In this document: piece by piece, positions 26,449 to 37,547 of the stretch
Numbering within the stretch: position 1 is the first letter of the stretch
How the letters are laid out: each line of letters begins with the position of its first letter
DNA from: Octopus sinensis
Lineage: Eukaryota
Assembly (NCBI RefSeq): GCF_006345805.1
Contig: NC_043012.1
Span: 2,418,001 to 2,482,000 of the forward strand
DNA length: 64,000 bases
Reading direction: 5' to 3'
Notes under the pieces: model-generated
Databases searched by the model: none
Seen by the model: the letters and a program-made list of their open reading frames with translations, nothing else
What the model was told of the DNA's origin: nothing
Translations under genes and position numbers: made by a program

Positions 26449-26890
26449 AACGGAGACATGTAGATTTGTGCTGCCTCCAAGAAGTAAGGTGGAGAGGAGG
26501 TTCTGCTAGGTTCTTCACAGGCAATGAACACAAGTACAAGATTTTCTGGGCTGGGAACACTGACAGGTTTGAGGGCGTGGGTATACTTCTTGTGGAGAAA
26601 TGGGTTAAGGTAATTGAGGTAGTCAGAGTATGTGATAGAATACTTAAGGTTAGATTAGTGCTACATCATGGGTTAGCAACCATTATCTCGACCTATGCCT
26701 CTCAGCCGGGGCTACCTGATGGACAGAAAGATCGATTTTATGACACCCTCTTGCAGACTACCTTGTTGACAAATGACAGGGACCTTCTCTTTGTGGCTGG
26801 TGACTTCAATGGACATGTTGAACAACATGCAGGGGTCTTCCATGGCATACATGGAGGCTATGGTTTTGGTTCCCTGTGATGAGGAGGACC
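26449..26890 (+). mobile_element. RTE LINE APE-like endonuclease fragment
   Basis: VDLCCLQEVRWRG ... GVGILL ... AGDFNGHV ... HGGYGFG are hallmark EEP/APE motifs of RTE ORFs. Confidence 0.92.
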
Positions 26891-29166
26891 TTTATTTCTA
26901 AACTTAGACTAGTAACACTCACTCACTAGGCCACCAACACATGGACATTGAATGATAAGCACGTTATTAATTTTTAATTTAGAAATAGTGTTTTTATCAA
27001 AATATAGTCTGGTGGTATATACATATCTTGGAATAAGCTGTGCTTATGGCAATTAAAGGTTGGAATAATCAAAACAGTGGAGATGTAAAAAGATTACTAA
27101 ACTGTTTCCTCATTAAGGGTGAGATTTGTTTCACCCCACCCCAAATTAGAATGGTACTAATATTCTAATTATGTCACCCTAACTTGTTCTGGATCAAGAA
27201 ATATTTCAAAAATATAATTGGTGTATTTGATTGCACAGTTAACTTGACTTAACTGTTTGCAAGAAAGAATGGCTGTTAAACTGGTGTTGTTGTCACATTC
27301 ACCACCACCATCATCATCATCATCATCATTGTCATCATTGAAGGAGTGTAGTATCAGTTAATAGAAATTCTTGCCATTGTTCTTAGAATGATAGAAAGTT
27401 AGTTTTTGCCATTAGTTAGGTGTTGAGTTGTGACTGTGTCTTTAGCTTTCAATTCTGATAACAATTCCTCCCAGGGTAAGTTTAGGCACACCTCAACTTA
27501 TGTCATTTCAAGATTCATCTTTTGTGACCTTATGTCATTTTTCTTTCAAGAAATTAATGCTAATATAAGCCTCAACTTCAGTCGATTTATTTAACTTTAT
27601 GTTGGTCTCAGCAAACATATCTAAAAGCATAAAAACTAGAAAAAAAAACCCCACTTAAAAGCCAATACTGAAATAGAAATCAAATAAAGTGCATATGAAA
27701 ATATGTACAAACCATTATTAAGATATAAGCTAATACATTTTTCCAAATGATTTCTCGGGTCATGTCATTTTTCAAGTTAAGCCACACATTTTGGAGCTAG
27801 TAACCAATGTAAGTTGAGATACGTGTGTATATGCTCTGATCAAAGTTATCTTTTTTCACATTACATTAAGTAATAGCGTTGGGTAATATATCTAGAATGG
27901 TCACTCCTGGAACACTTTCAGTCATATGTCTGATTAATCAGAATTGACCTCCTGAGGTTAACTAACAATGTAACAGCCATTTTAAAATTTAGTTGTAGAG
28001 TGTTTCTTTTTCAAAATATTTCTTCTTGTCATGGCATTCATTTGACTGAGATAGTTCCTATCTCTTGTTTGCAGTGTCTTTTTTATAGTCTGACAGAAAT
28101 AAACTTGGTTCTTGTGTTATAAGCCCCAAACAACAGTTCAAGGAGTTTAACCTTTCTGATACTGACCTGTCCAAGACAGCCCCTGGTTTGAAAACCTTCT
28201 ATCAGAGTTTTGTTTTAATTTATTTTCCCAAAAACACCATAGTAATGAGAAAAACTTTTTTGAGTTTCCCTCATGATCACCAGATTGTGTGTTCAAATCC
28301 TGGTTCAGGCAGCATGTTGTGTTCTTGAGCAGAACACTTCATTTCATGCTGCTTTTGTGCTGTGAGGAGACTGGCATGCCAAAGAATAGACCTGATGTTT
28401 CCTCTGTGTGATGTAAAAGAGGTTGAGGTAGGATTTGTACTTTGACCTTGTAAAATCCTCACCAGCAATGACTACCCAAACAAACCCATGAGTTGGAGGG
28501 TTGTTGCCTGAGTGGTGCAAAGGTGTCGTCCACTAGAAGTAAGGAATCACTTATAACTGGTGGATGCAGCGACGTATTGTTACAGCACATGCCTGCCATA
28601 CTACTACTACTACTACTTAATTTAGGCACAAGATCAGCAGTTTCGAGATAGGTTAGTCAATTAATTCAATCCCAGTACTTCACTGGTACTTTACCTTATT
28701 GACTTCTGAAGGATGAAAAGCAAAGTTAACTTTGGTAGGATTTGAACTCAGAACCTTTTACTACAGGACATTTTCTCTGACACTCTAGCGATAAAAAGCA
28801 CCCACTATACTTTCAGAGTGGTTGGCATTAGGAAGGGCATCCAGCTGTAGAAACATTGCCAGATCAGACTGGAGTCTGGTGCAGCCTCCTGGCTTCCCAG
28901 ACCCCAGTCGAACTGTCTAACCCATGCTGGCATGGAAAACGGACGTTAAACGATGATGACTGCCAGTTTTTGTCAATATTACTGTTACAATTGATTTTTT
29001 TTTTACTATGATGGTGATGATAATAATGATCATGACTTTATAAGTCTTCATCACTGAAGCAGAGTTTTTTTTGGAATGCTATAGTTGAACATCCATAATG
29101 CTATATAGAACATCTAGTCATAATGTAGACGGCCTAAGGATGTAATATAGCAAAATGAGGCTTCTA

Positions 29167-29310
29167 TGAGGTGGTATCAAAAAAAGTTTCTGGACTAGTT
29201 CTGTAGTGCACCAACAGATGGCAGCACACAGTTGCATGTGCAGTGAGAGCTAGCAGTGACCTTCATGAGGCAGTGTGCTGAGTGACGTCACTGTGGCAAT
29301 GGGTCGTATA
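29167..29310 (+). mobile_element. mariner-like 5' terminal fragment
   Basis: TA-tgaggtggtatcaaaaaaagtttctggact ... acagatggcagcac resembles a mariner TIR and subterminal; no right TIR seen. Confidence 0.55.
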
Positions 29311-29621
29311 CAATGTTTCGAGTCACTGTGGTGCATTTCAGGCCACTAAGATCTTAACATTGCAGCATTCCTCTTCCTCCTCCTCCTCCTCCACTACCAC
29401 CATTAGCAACACTTTGTGTCCTGTCAATAGAAACCAATGTTTGGACTTGTAAACTCTGTTCACATCAAGTATTGTCACAATTTTTTTCTTTATATTTTTC
29501 TTTTTTTCGTTATATTTTTCTTTTCTTTACAATTGGGAATCTTGTACAAGAATTTAGTCACGTCTAACCAGTAAGTTGGCAATCATATTGGTGAGAAAAG
29601 AAGTATGCGTCTCTCTCCCCC

Positions 29622-29664
<43 letters not shown>

Positions 29665-31040
29665 CATTTGCTGCACAAAAGAAGACAAATACAAAAACAA
29701 AAGATGGAGTTCATTTGCTTGAAATATTTGATGTTCAGTATTCATTAAAACTAATTTCCTCCTTCTTGCAAGAAGGACATGTACTCTTGTTGATTTTAAT
29801 TCATTAATTAGTTTCACTTGATTAAAATACACATGGTTGTCACTCTTGACTGAAATTGAACTCAAGACTGTGTTGTTTGATGCTTAAGGCATTCTAGCCA
29901 TGATCATCACATAATTTTTTAGGAGTTTCCAGGGTTACATTATCTAATGTGCCTTTCCTTTATAGGACAATAGTATGTTATTCTAGGGAGATTTGGCTAC
30001 TATTTCTAGTGTAGCAGTTTGGGCAACCATACAAAAGCTCTGTAATACCTGGTGATTAGGGATTGGTTGAGATGATTGACCTTTCTCGCTTACAATATTT
30101 TCATAATGTACCATTAAGAAATATCAAAAATTAAAACCTGATTTGTCACTGTACAATGTCTAATGTTTGGTTGGATAAAGGAAGGACAGGAAAGTGAATT
30201 AACTGATATTGGTTCTAGGCATGAATCAGAAGTCAATGTAATGACTAATTCTTCAGTGATGTAATGCCACAGTTCCATCTTACCATATAATAATTACTTT
30301 CAATTATGGCACAGAGCCATCAGTTTTGAGTGGAGGAGGTAAGTTGATACCTTTGACTTCAGTACATGACTGGAACTTTACTATATTCACCTGTATAATT
30401 ATATATATATATATTCATGTATATTTTTATACAGATGTAAATGTAAATAGATTATTTTGTGAAGAGAAAAAAAAATGAAAATATTTTACTTAACAGCTGA
30501 GAAACGAATCCTGTATATGCTAACTCATTTTGTAAAGAGTGCTTTTTAGAATATTGAAAAACGTGTTTCAGATTTATATTTTTTTCTTTTTGCCTGTATT
30601 TATTAAAGCTATTTACCTCACTTGATAATTGATTTTAGGAGGGAGGTGTGAGTGTATCTGTGAGTGAGTGAAGGAGGGAGGGAGAGAGAGAGGAGAAAAA
30701 GTTTTGGTGATCTGCTACTGTTCTTTTTTACAATGATTACTCAAATGTTTGAAGTGTTAAAGTGCTTTGTTACAACTAGAGCTGAGACCTAACCCAACTC
30801 TGTACAGCAGGAGATAAATCAACATTATTGATGCAGCAATCTTAAAAAAGAATCCAAATAGGTGCAGGCATGGCTGTGTGGTAGGAAGTTTGCTTTCCAA
30901 CTGCATGGTTCTGGGACCTGTCCCACTGCATAGTACCTTGGATAAAATGTCTTTTAATATAGCCCTCAGCCAATCAAAACTTGTGAGTGGATTTGGTAGC
31001 TGGAAACTATAAGAGGCTTGTTGTATATGTATATAAATAT

Positions 31041-31266
31041 ATTCAAGCATATAAGGGATGGCCATAATAGGACATCCGACTCACTAGAAAGAGCAGCCAA
31101 ACTCCAAACCACTAATAGTTGTAAATCTGAAATGGAAAGAGAAATAAAAACAAACGTTTTTATTTCTCTTTCCATTTCAGAATTACAACTATTAGTGGTT
31201 TGGAGTTTGGCTGCTCTTTCTAGTGCGTTGGATGTTCTATTATGGCCATCCCTTATATGTTTGAAT
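31041..31266. repeat. Near-perfect 226-bp palindrome (foldback/MITE-like)
   Basis: 31041-31150 is the reverse complement of 31157-31266 with few mismatches; centre caaacg. Confidence 0.93.
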
Positions 31267-31419
31267 GTATATTACATAGTCTATTGACTATCTTTTCTTT
31301 CTCACTTGACTGCTGGTAGCGGAGAATTTTTCTAGAATTTTTTGCTACCCTAAAATTTATTAATTAATGTATATAAATATATATATCCATGTGTCTGTAT
31401 TTCTCCCCCACCATACACA

Positions 31420-31499
<80 letters not shown>

Positions 31500-32122
31500 A
31501 CGATAGTAACAAGAAACTTAGAGTAGCAACAGAATAAAGCCTCAGCTTCAAATAATTGCATATACTACATATTTTTCTCTAATTTCTACACATTTGCACA
31601 TACATGTACACACACACATAATATATGCGAAAGAAAAAGCAAACACTATGAAACTGGATATTGTTATGTGATCAAGTCAAAAATGCGTGTGTCAAGAAAT
31701 TACTGTAAGTAGTAGTAGTAGTAGTAGTAGTAGCTGTTCCCTATTTTATATATATATATATTTTACAAGCATCCCAAACAGCCGCCTACTTAACTACATG
31801 ATATGAGCTTGGTGCCCCTTAACAGATTGGGAATATTTTGGGGTGCATGCACCCTTGACTGCACCAATGACTGTTAAAATAAATATATGGATAGGTAGGT
31901 TGATATTTGTTAATTAGGTAGGTGGCAGTTGATATCTAGTAATTAGATAGATAAAATAGCAGTGGAAACATAACCTGGTGAACTGGGCATGTGTTTGGGT
32001 ATATATGCACGTGTGTGTGTGTGTGTGTGTGAGAGACTATGCATGTTTGAGTGTCTTTAGCAGAGTTCTCTCAGTTTGCAAGCATTTGTGCTAGGTTTCT
32101 GGTCTGAAGATAACTGCCTGTA

Positions 32123-33950
32123 TTTCGGCCTAGTCTCTGGTTTGAAGATAAGTTCCCACCAGTCGCGATGTGGGTGGAATGGATGAATAGGGGTGCTGAG
32201 CTGGGTTTCGGCCTAGTCTCTGGTTTGAAGATAAGTTCCCACCAGTCGCGATGTGGGTGGAATGGATGAATAGGGGTGCTGAGCTGGGTTTCGGCCTAGT
32301 CTCTGGTTTGAAGATAAGTTCCCACCAGTCGCGGTGTGGGTGGAATGGATGAATAGGGGTGCTGAGCTGGGTTTCGGCCTAGTCTCTGGTTTGAAGATAA
32401 GTTCCCACCAGTCGCGATGTGGGTGGAATGGATGAATAGGGGTGCTGAGCTGGGTTTCGGCCTAGTCTCTGGTTTGAAGATAAGTTCCCACCAGTCGCGA
32501 TGTGGGTGGAATGGATGAATAGGGGTGCTGAGCTGGGTTTCGGCCTAGTCTCTGGTTTGAAGATAAGTTCCCACCAGTCGCGATGTGGGTGGAATGGATG
32601 AATAGGGGTGCTGAGCTGGGTTTCGGCCTAGTCTCTGGTTTGAAGATAAGTTCCCACCAGTCGCGATGTGGGTGGAATGGATGAATAGGGGTGCTGAGCT
32701 GGGTTTCGGCCTAGTCTCTGGTTTGAAGATAAGTTCCCACCAGTCGCGATGTGGGTGGAATGGATGAATAGGGGTGCTGAGCTGGGTTTCGGCCTAGTCT
32801 CTGGTTTGAAGATAAGTTCCCACCAGTCGCGATGTGGGTGGAATGGATGAATAGGGGTGCTGAGCTGGGTTTCGGCCTAGTCTCTGGTTTGAAGATAAGT
32901 TCCCACCAGTCGCGATGTGGGTGGAATGGATGAATAGGGGTGCTGAGCTGGGTTTCGGCCTAGTCTCTGGTTTGAAGATAAGTTCCCACCAGTCGCGATG
33001 TGGGTGGAATGGATGAATAGGGGTGCTGAGCTGGGTTTCGGCCTAGTCTCTGGTTTGAAGATAAGTTCCCACCAGTCGCGATGTGGGTGGAATGGATGAA
33101 TAGGGGTGCTGAGCTGGGTTTCGGCCTAGTCTCTGGTTTGAAGATAAGTTCCCACCAGTCGCGATGTGGGTGGAATGGATGAATAGGGGTGCTGAGCTGG
33201 GTTTCGGCCTAGTCTCTGGTTTGAAGATAAGTTCCCACCAGTCGCGATGTGGGTGGAATGGATGAATAGGGGTGCTGAGCTGGGTTTCGGCCTAGTCTCT
33301 GGTTTGAAGATAAGTTCCCACCAGTCGCGATGTGGGTGGAATGGATGAATAGGGGTGCTGAGCTGGGTTTCGGCCTAGTCTCTGGTTTGAAGATAAGTTC
33401 CCACCAGTCGCGATGTGGGTGGAATGGATGAATAGGGGTGCTGAGCTGGGTTTCGGCCTAGTCTCTGGTTTGAAGATAAGTTCCCACCAGTCGCGATGTG
33501 GGTGGAATGGATGAATAGGGGTGCTGAGCTGGGTTTCGGCCTAGTCTCTGGTTTGAAGATAAGTTCCCACCAGTCGCGATGTGGGTGGAATGGATGAATA
33601 GGGGTGCTGAGCTGGGTTTCGGCCTAGTCTCTGGTTTGAAGATAAGTTCCCACCAGTCGCGATGTGGGTGGAATGGATGAATAGGGGTGCTGAGCTGGGT
33701 TTCGGCCTAGTCTCTGGTTTGAAGATAAGTTCCCACCAGTCGCGATGTGGGTGGAATGGATGAATAGGGGTGCTGAGCTGGGTTTCGGCCTAGTCTCTGG
33801 TTTGAAGATAAGTTCCCACCAGTCGCGATGTGGGTGGAATGGATGAATAGGGGTGCTGAGCTGGGTTTCGGCCTAGTCTCTGGTTTGAAGATAAGTTCCC
33901 ACCAGTCGCGATGTGGGTGGAATGGATGAATAGGGGTGCTGAGCTGGGTT
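32123..33950. repeat. Tandem array of 22 x 83-bp units
   Basis: agtcgcg occurs at 32161 and 33904 (21 x 83 bp apart); unit tttcggcctagtctctggtttgaagataagttcccaccagtcgcgatgtgggtggaatggatgaataggggtgctgagctggg; only one variant seen (A>G at 32334). Confidence 0.98.
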
Positions 33951-34072
33951 GCAAAAAGATTATGAGTGTTTCTCTTCTCTGTCTGTCAAAGTCAAGAAAA
34001 AAGAAAATACTGTTTGTACTTCTCAATGTGTGCTTTGTGCAGAGAGGCGTTTGCTCGTGTGTATTTGCTTGG

Positions 34073-34109
<37 letters not shown>

Positions 34110-34479
34110 TGTGTGTGTGTGTCCCTTTACTTTTCGAAGTAAAAGAGATGATCAGACTGTAACTGTATCTAAAGAACTATTTCATATGAGTAATAATAGA
34201 GTATTTACATATAAAGCTGGTTGGATCATGTTATAGCTTTAACAATAGATGAAGTAATAATATAGATCAAGCTGGCACTGTATTTGTTATATGGAAACTC
34301 TATAACAGTAATAAATACATCAACAAAGAACCAGATCTATAAATTATGCTATGGTGGCTGTGTGTTGTACCTTTTATTCATGTTCTTAGTGTATTTTATT
34401 GATTCTGTATGGTCAGGAAGTGTGGCTTAATAAAAATACAGGTAATAACTTAGTTTTTATAGTACCAGTAAGAACTACC

Positions 34480-34830
34480 AACTTTGCTAGAGCCTAATGA
34501 GAGCTTCTACTGAGTCTATGATGGGTTAGCTGTTGCCAAGCCAGTGAGGAGGGCGTCTCTACTGAGCTGATGAGTATGAAGGGAAACTTTTGCTGAGCTG
34601 ACGAGTGGTAGTGTGAATCTCTGCAACAAGTAGGGGTGGGGTCTTATGATTTAAGGGAGCCTCTGCCGAGCTGACAAGTGCAGGGAGCTCTCTTGTTGAA
34701 CTAACAAGTAGAGGAACTTCTACCAAGCCAAATGGGTGGAGGTGGGATGGGTGTTACCTGTACTGAGCCAATGAGTGGAGGGGGTCAATTAGGGGGAAAC
34801 CCTCTGCCACATCAGTGACTGCGGGGACCT
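34480..34830 (+). repeat. Degenerate ~30-bp minisatellite running into a family C element
   Basis: About 9-10 diverged units of roughly ggagcctctgctgagctgatgagtg. Confidence 0.6.
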
Positions 34831-35100
34831 CTCCATGTTTGCTAGAAGAAAAAAAGCAGTCAAATCTCCCTCAAATTGCACTCGATTATCTTAATAGAAA
34901 GGATTCATTGGATGATGTTCTTCTAATTAAATAATATTTGGTAAAAAGATGAAAAGGTCAAGGCTGGTATATTTCTTCATTTTTCACTTGTTTGATTGGG
35001 GATTGAGCTAGGCTTCTCTGTTCAATATTTTGCTTTGAAAAAAAGTTTACTTCTTCTCCAAACACTTCTGTATTACTGAAAGACATTCTCATTCAGAACA

Positions 35101-35800
35101 ATATTTGGTTTCCTGGTACTTAGAGGCTTTAAAGATCCTCTAGTGTGTTACACATGTCACACCTCTTTCACTCTTTCTTTTCCCTTTCAAAACTGTTAAT
35201 ATTAAGGCTGAGAATGAAATGAACTTTTCAATTATAGTTATTGCAATCAAGATTTCAATAAATGTAATAAGGCCTTAAATTATGAGGGCAGGAGTGTAGT
35301 TTATTGAATCAACTTCAAACAATGAACACATACACACACTTGGTGCCTGGTTTCTATCCTCACCTGATCCTTAGGTGTCTTTATCAGAGTTTAATTCAGT
35401 TGCAAGCACTCTAACCAAATTCTGCTCCTCTGCTTTCTTTTCCACTCACATTAGTTTACTCGGGCATTGATTTTTGGATGTTCAGATTCAGTATCAGGAA
35501 TATCAATCTCACCAGCCTGTGAAGCCTGCTCAGGTTTATGACTTCTGCCTACGTTTTTTCTCTCGACTCATTTATAAAAACAAAAATGTATTTTATCAAC
35601 ATCTAAAACAGTTTCCTAATCCCTTTTGTGATTCCAGATTCCCACAAGGTTTCCCAGTATATCGCATTAGTCCTTTCATCAAACTTGTCTAAATCATTGT
35701 TATCAGTTTGATTCAGTGCCAGGATAACTTCGAAAGAGGTGTGACATATGTAACACTCCAGTGGATCTTTAAATCCTATAAGTATCATGAAACTAAATGT
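35101..35800. mobile_element. Element bounded by ~60-70-bp inverted repeats
   Basis: 35109-35169 vs reverse complement of 35732-35792: 53/61 identical. Confidence 0.7.
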
Positions 35801-36146
35801 ATGTATGTATGTATGTATGTGTGTAGTTTTAAAAATTGACAACAAACAGAAAATTTTACAAAGCATAACAAACAGAAAATTCGTAGCTGATTCCTCTTCA
35901 GTCAACGCCTAAAAGATCATTATAATTTCACATTTATATATATAAATAAAATACTGATGAAAAGGTGTTAATACGTTAACTAATAATGTGAAGGTAACTA
36001 TATATACATTTATATACCTGAAGCAGTTTGTGCATGTGTGTGTTGGTTTGATGCAGGTTTTAATCTATTATTGCTTACTTTTAGTGTTCCTGCTTCGACT
36101 AAGTCAAAACTTCAAATAACAGATGGAAATCTCAGCTTCAAATTAC

Positions 36147-36182
<36 letters not shown>

Positions 36183-36822
36183 CACGCGCGCACACATCTT
36201 TCCATGTATTTACTCAGTCGGGGCTGACTTGAGTTTAAGCAACATATAAACATCCATATATAATATACGTGAATATTGATTTCTAAACACTGGCAAAAAG
36301 GCCAGAGCACCGAATGTTAGATCGATCTCGCTACTTTTAGTGGTACTTAACTTATTGATTCGTTGAAGGAAGAAAAGAAAATTCGATCCTGGCAGGATTT
36401 GAAATGAGATCGTAAAACAACGAAACTAAAAACCACGAGACATTTTGTTTGCTGGTCACCCACGCAATTTTGCCAGCCACTGCTCCAGTATACCTTCACA
36501 ACAACAGTACTGTTAGATATATTTTTACTAACGTTCTCGGTTGGTGTGGAGATTTTGGGAAAACTACACAAAATATCAAATTATACGATGTATCGTAGAG
36601 GACAACTTCAAAATTCTCGAATTCATAAGTCACGGAAACCCAAACTTTTTATCTTTTATGTTTCATGCGGCCATGCTAGATCACTGCCTAGAAGGGTTTT
36701 AACCGAACAGATCGACATTAGTACTTTTATTTTAAACCCGTTGGTCTCTTTTCCCAAACCGCTAGGTTACAGGGGCATAAGCAAACCAACGTCAGTTTTA
36801 AAGCAGTGGTGGACACACGCAG

Positions 36823-37547
36823 TTTGCTCTGAACGTTTTTGACAAAATTTCGTATTTTAGAAGTTATTTCGTGTTAAAGATGTCGTATTTGGGTAATTTC
36901 AACCAATCAACGATGTGTATTCGGTTGAAGAAAGCTACTGCTGTTTGCGATAGTAATCGAAGAGGAACAGCTTCCGGGTCATCTCTACTAAATGTCACCA
37001 TTCTGTTCTATTTGTATAGCGAGCAAACCACCTTTATCCTTTCTTCCTTTCTAGTCAGCACCGTGCATTCTTTACTCTTTTCCTACCTTCTACACTAGCA
37101 ACCAGCAAGCGAACTTGTCACTGCCACTACAATTACTGTATTTTCCGGTGTATAAGAAGCTATTTGTTTTGTTTTACTTTCATGCTTTGATAATGTTATT
37201 TTTTATCTAATAAGGATATTTATATTGACGAAATGTGTTTGTGGTTGATTATAGTAAGATAAAATCATGACAATAACAATACATCTCATAGTTGTAAAAT
37301 AAGGCATTTTGAAATTACATATACGTCAACAACAAAAAAGTGAGCTGCAGACTCGTTGCTCTCTATGGTGTTGATTCTTCGAACAGAATGGTGACATTTA
37401 GTAGAGATGACCCGGAAGTTGTTCCTCTTCGATTTTTATCGCAAACAGCAGTAGCTTTCTTCAACCGAATACACGTCGTTGATTGGTTGAAATTACCTAA
37501 ATACAACAACTTTAATATGAAATTTTGTCAAAAACGTTCAGAGTAAA
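36823..37547. mobile_element. Long-inverted-repeat element inserted into a SINE A copy
   Basis: Arms 36823-37008 and 37381-37547 are reverse complements (high identity, one ~18-nt indel); SINE A 3' half lies at ~36645-36822 and its 5' half at ~37655-37817. Confidence 0.8.

Noticed and set aside
26433-26879. Host gene (craniofacial development protein 2-like)
   Set aside because: That label is commonly given to RTE endonuclease fragments; there is no splice structure and the domain is truncated.
32123-33950. CRISPR array
   Set aside because: Units are contiguous and identical with no unique spacers; the context is eukaryotic and there are no cas genes. The 83-bp period is not a multiple of 3 and has stops, so it is not a coding repeat either.
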